DNA of 63,536 nucleotides, filler included, from Reclinomonas americana ATCC 50394 (lineage: Eukaryota), in the NCBI GenBank assembly GCA_048213135.1. It is 47 parts of 47 records of this genome, joined end to end, with 100 filler letters (N's around TTAATTAATTAA, not from the genome) between each part and the next. Parts side by side here need not be neighbours in the genome. Positions count along the whole stretch, not along the records: positions 60,945 to 62,190 come from AFZH01026002.1; positions 62,291 to 63,536 come from AFZH01026003.1; 45 more parts are not named here. One strand, written 5' to 3'. The notes beneath the pieces are model-generated. The model ran no database searches and was not told the DNA's origin. It was given only the letters and a program-made list of their open reading frames with translations. Made by a program: the position numbers and the translations under genes. This document shows, in pieces, positions 61,991 to 63,536 of the stretch. Numbering within the stretch: the stretch's first letter is position 1; every line of letters begins with the position of its first letter.

Positions 61991-62371
61991 GTGACCAGGG
62001 AGAGTTGAGCGGAGGGGGAGGGGAAGAGAGGGGAAAGGTGGGGGAAGAGAGAGCGAAGAGAGGAGGAAGAGAAGGGGGAACAGAAGGGGGAACAGAAGGG
62101 GGGAAAGATGGGAAGTGGAAAGAGGGGAAGGAGGGGGAAAGAGGGGAAGGAGGGGAAGAGGGAGAGGGAAGAGGAGAAGAGGAGAGAGAGNNNNNNNNNN
62201 NNNNNNNNNNNNNNNNNNNNNNNNNNNNNNNNNNTTAATTAATTAANNNNNNNNNNNNNNNNNNNNNNNNNNNNNNNNNNNNNNNNNNNNCTAACTCTCT
62301 CTCTCTCTCCCTCACTCTCTCTCTCTCTCCCTCCCTCTCTCCTTCCTTCTCTCCTTCCCTCCCTTACTCAC

Positions 62372-63536
62372 CGTGGCGCGGCGAAAGTTTGGACCACGAG
62401 CTCTCGATGGCCGGAACCATTTTCCACGGGTGGTGTCCGTCGACTAGCGGTCTCGACCACGGATGCAGGCGCAGGACATTCGGACCACAGGTGATCTTGA
62501 CGGATTCGAGTAGACACGGATGCGCCGTAGTCACCGTAACAAGCTCACACACTGCGTCCCAGCCAACACCGCAGTCTGCCAGTTGTCACGCCACAACATG
62601 AGTGCAAAGAAAGGAGACGAGCCCACACACAAACGCGCGCGCACACGCGCCACATACCGCATAGTAGCAAGTGCTGAAGACGACTCAGCGTAACCAGCTG
62701 GTCGAAGAACTCCCGCAGTATTCGAGGGCGGAGATACCCGAGCAGAGTCGGTTGCAACGCGTACACGGAATCAATCACGTGGTCGATAATCTCGTTGGAA
62801 AATCGCACCGCGGACAGATCCAGGGTCACTACCGGAGTATTGGATGCGCAAATCCAATCGGCAAACTGCGATGGCGCACAAAAGAGTGTCGAGCCTGCCA
62901 CGAACACAAACATGAGTGTCAGCACGCACACGCAGACCCTTCGACGTCTTCCTCCACCTCCCTCTCTCTCTCTCCACGCTACTCTGACTGTACGCACCCT
63001 TCAGCGACAACTTGTTCAGCGCTGGTAGCCGCTTCAGCGTGTTGGCCAGCATGCAGATATCCCTCTCTTCCAGCTCGCACTCTGCCACGGGCCGAACCAG
63101 CAGCAGATGAGTCGACGTGGAAAAAAAAAGAAACAGCGGCAATGCAGCACAGCACAGCAACCACACACAACTTTCGATGCGGAGGTGGCGGATATCCGTC
63201 GCGAGGTTCTTGGTAGCGAGGTACAAGTGCGACAGAGCACAGCTGGAGGACTGGTCATCCAAGCTTGCGACGACCACCTGGTCCAGAGTCTTCCAGCGAC
63301 GGAACGCGGCCTCCAGGAACGACCGCCCAGACGGCAACTCAAACTTTTCATGCGGGTACAAAGCGTCATTGCACGGAGGGCACGCAAGGAACGCGCGGTC
63401 GCCATCGTGGAAATCATCGACGTCGTCGTCGTCTTCGTCGTCATTTCCTGTGTCTGCGCAACCTGCGTGCCACCAGAGGGACGGGCACGCCACAGGGATG
63501 GAAAGTGGAGCGGTGTCGGAAAAAGGAGTCAACGCC
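62372..63536 (-). CDS. RNI-like leucine-rich-repeat protein (partial, spliced)
   Basis: IRHLRIE, LANTLKRLPALNKLSLK, VVTLDLSAVRF, LSRLQHLLL. Confidence 0.5.

Overview
This window is not one locus. It is 47 unrelated contigs of about 1.25 kb, joined by 46 artificial 100-nt linkers (44 N + TTAATTAATTAA + 44 N), so adjacency across a linker means nothing. Three sources are mixed. (1) Most contigs are from a GC-rich, microsatellite-rich, mitochondriate and probably flagellated protist with short GT-AG introns; genes include HSP20, CNOT1, Tim10, EF-Ts, GOS1, NAA10, a CFAP92-like protein, HECT, U-box, kinase-RING, WD40, NHL and lectin fragments. (2) Six contigs are bacterial: CzcD, ECF sigma/anti-sigma, GH2, ABC sugar permeases, an ABC binding protein and a CbbO-like protein. 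(3) Two AT-rich, intronless contigs look viral. The best lead is an intron-split Fanzor2 (IS607-type TnpB-like) gene on the minus strand of 51740-52759, which the ORF track shows only as fragments. It has a Pro-rich/NLS/acidic tail and is followed by a nested stem-loop region that is a candidate omegaRNA. The second lead is an HNH + divergent family B polymerase + P-loop helicase fusion at 4089-5350. All calls come from reading motifs by eye; no database searches were run.
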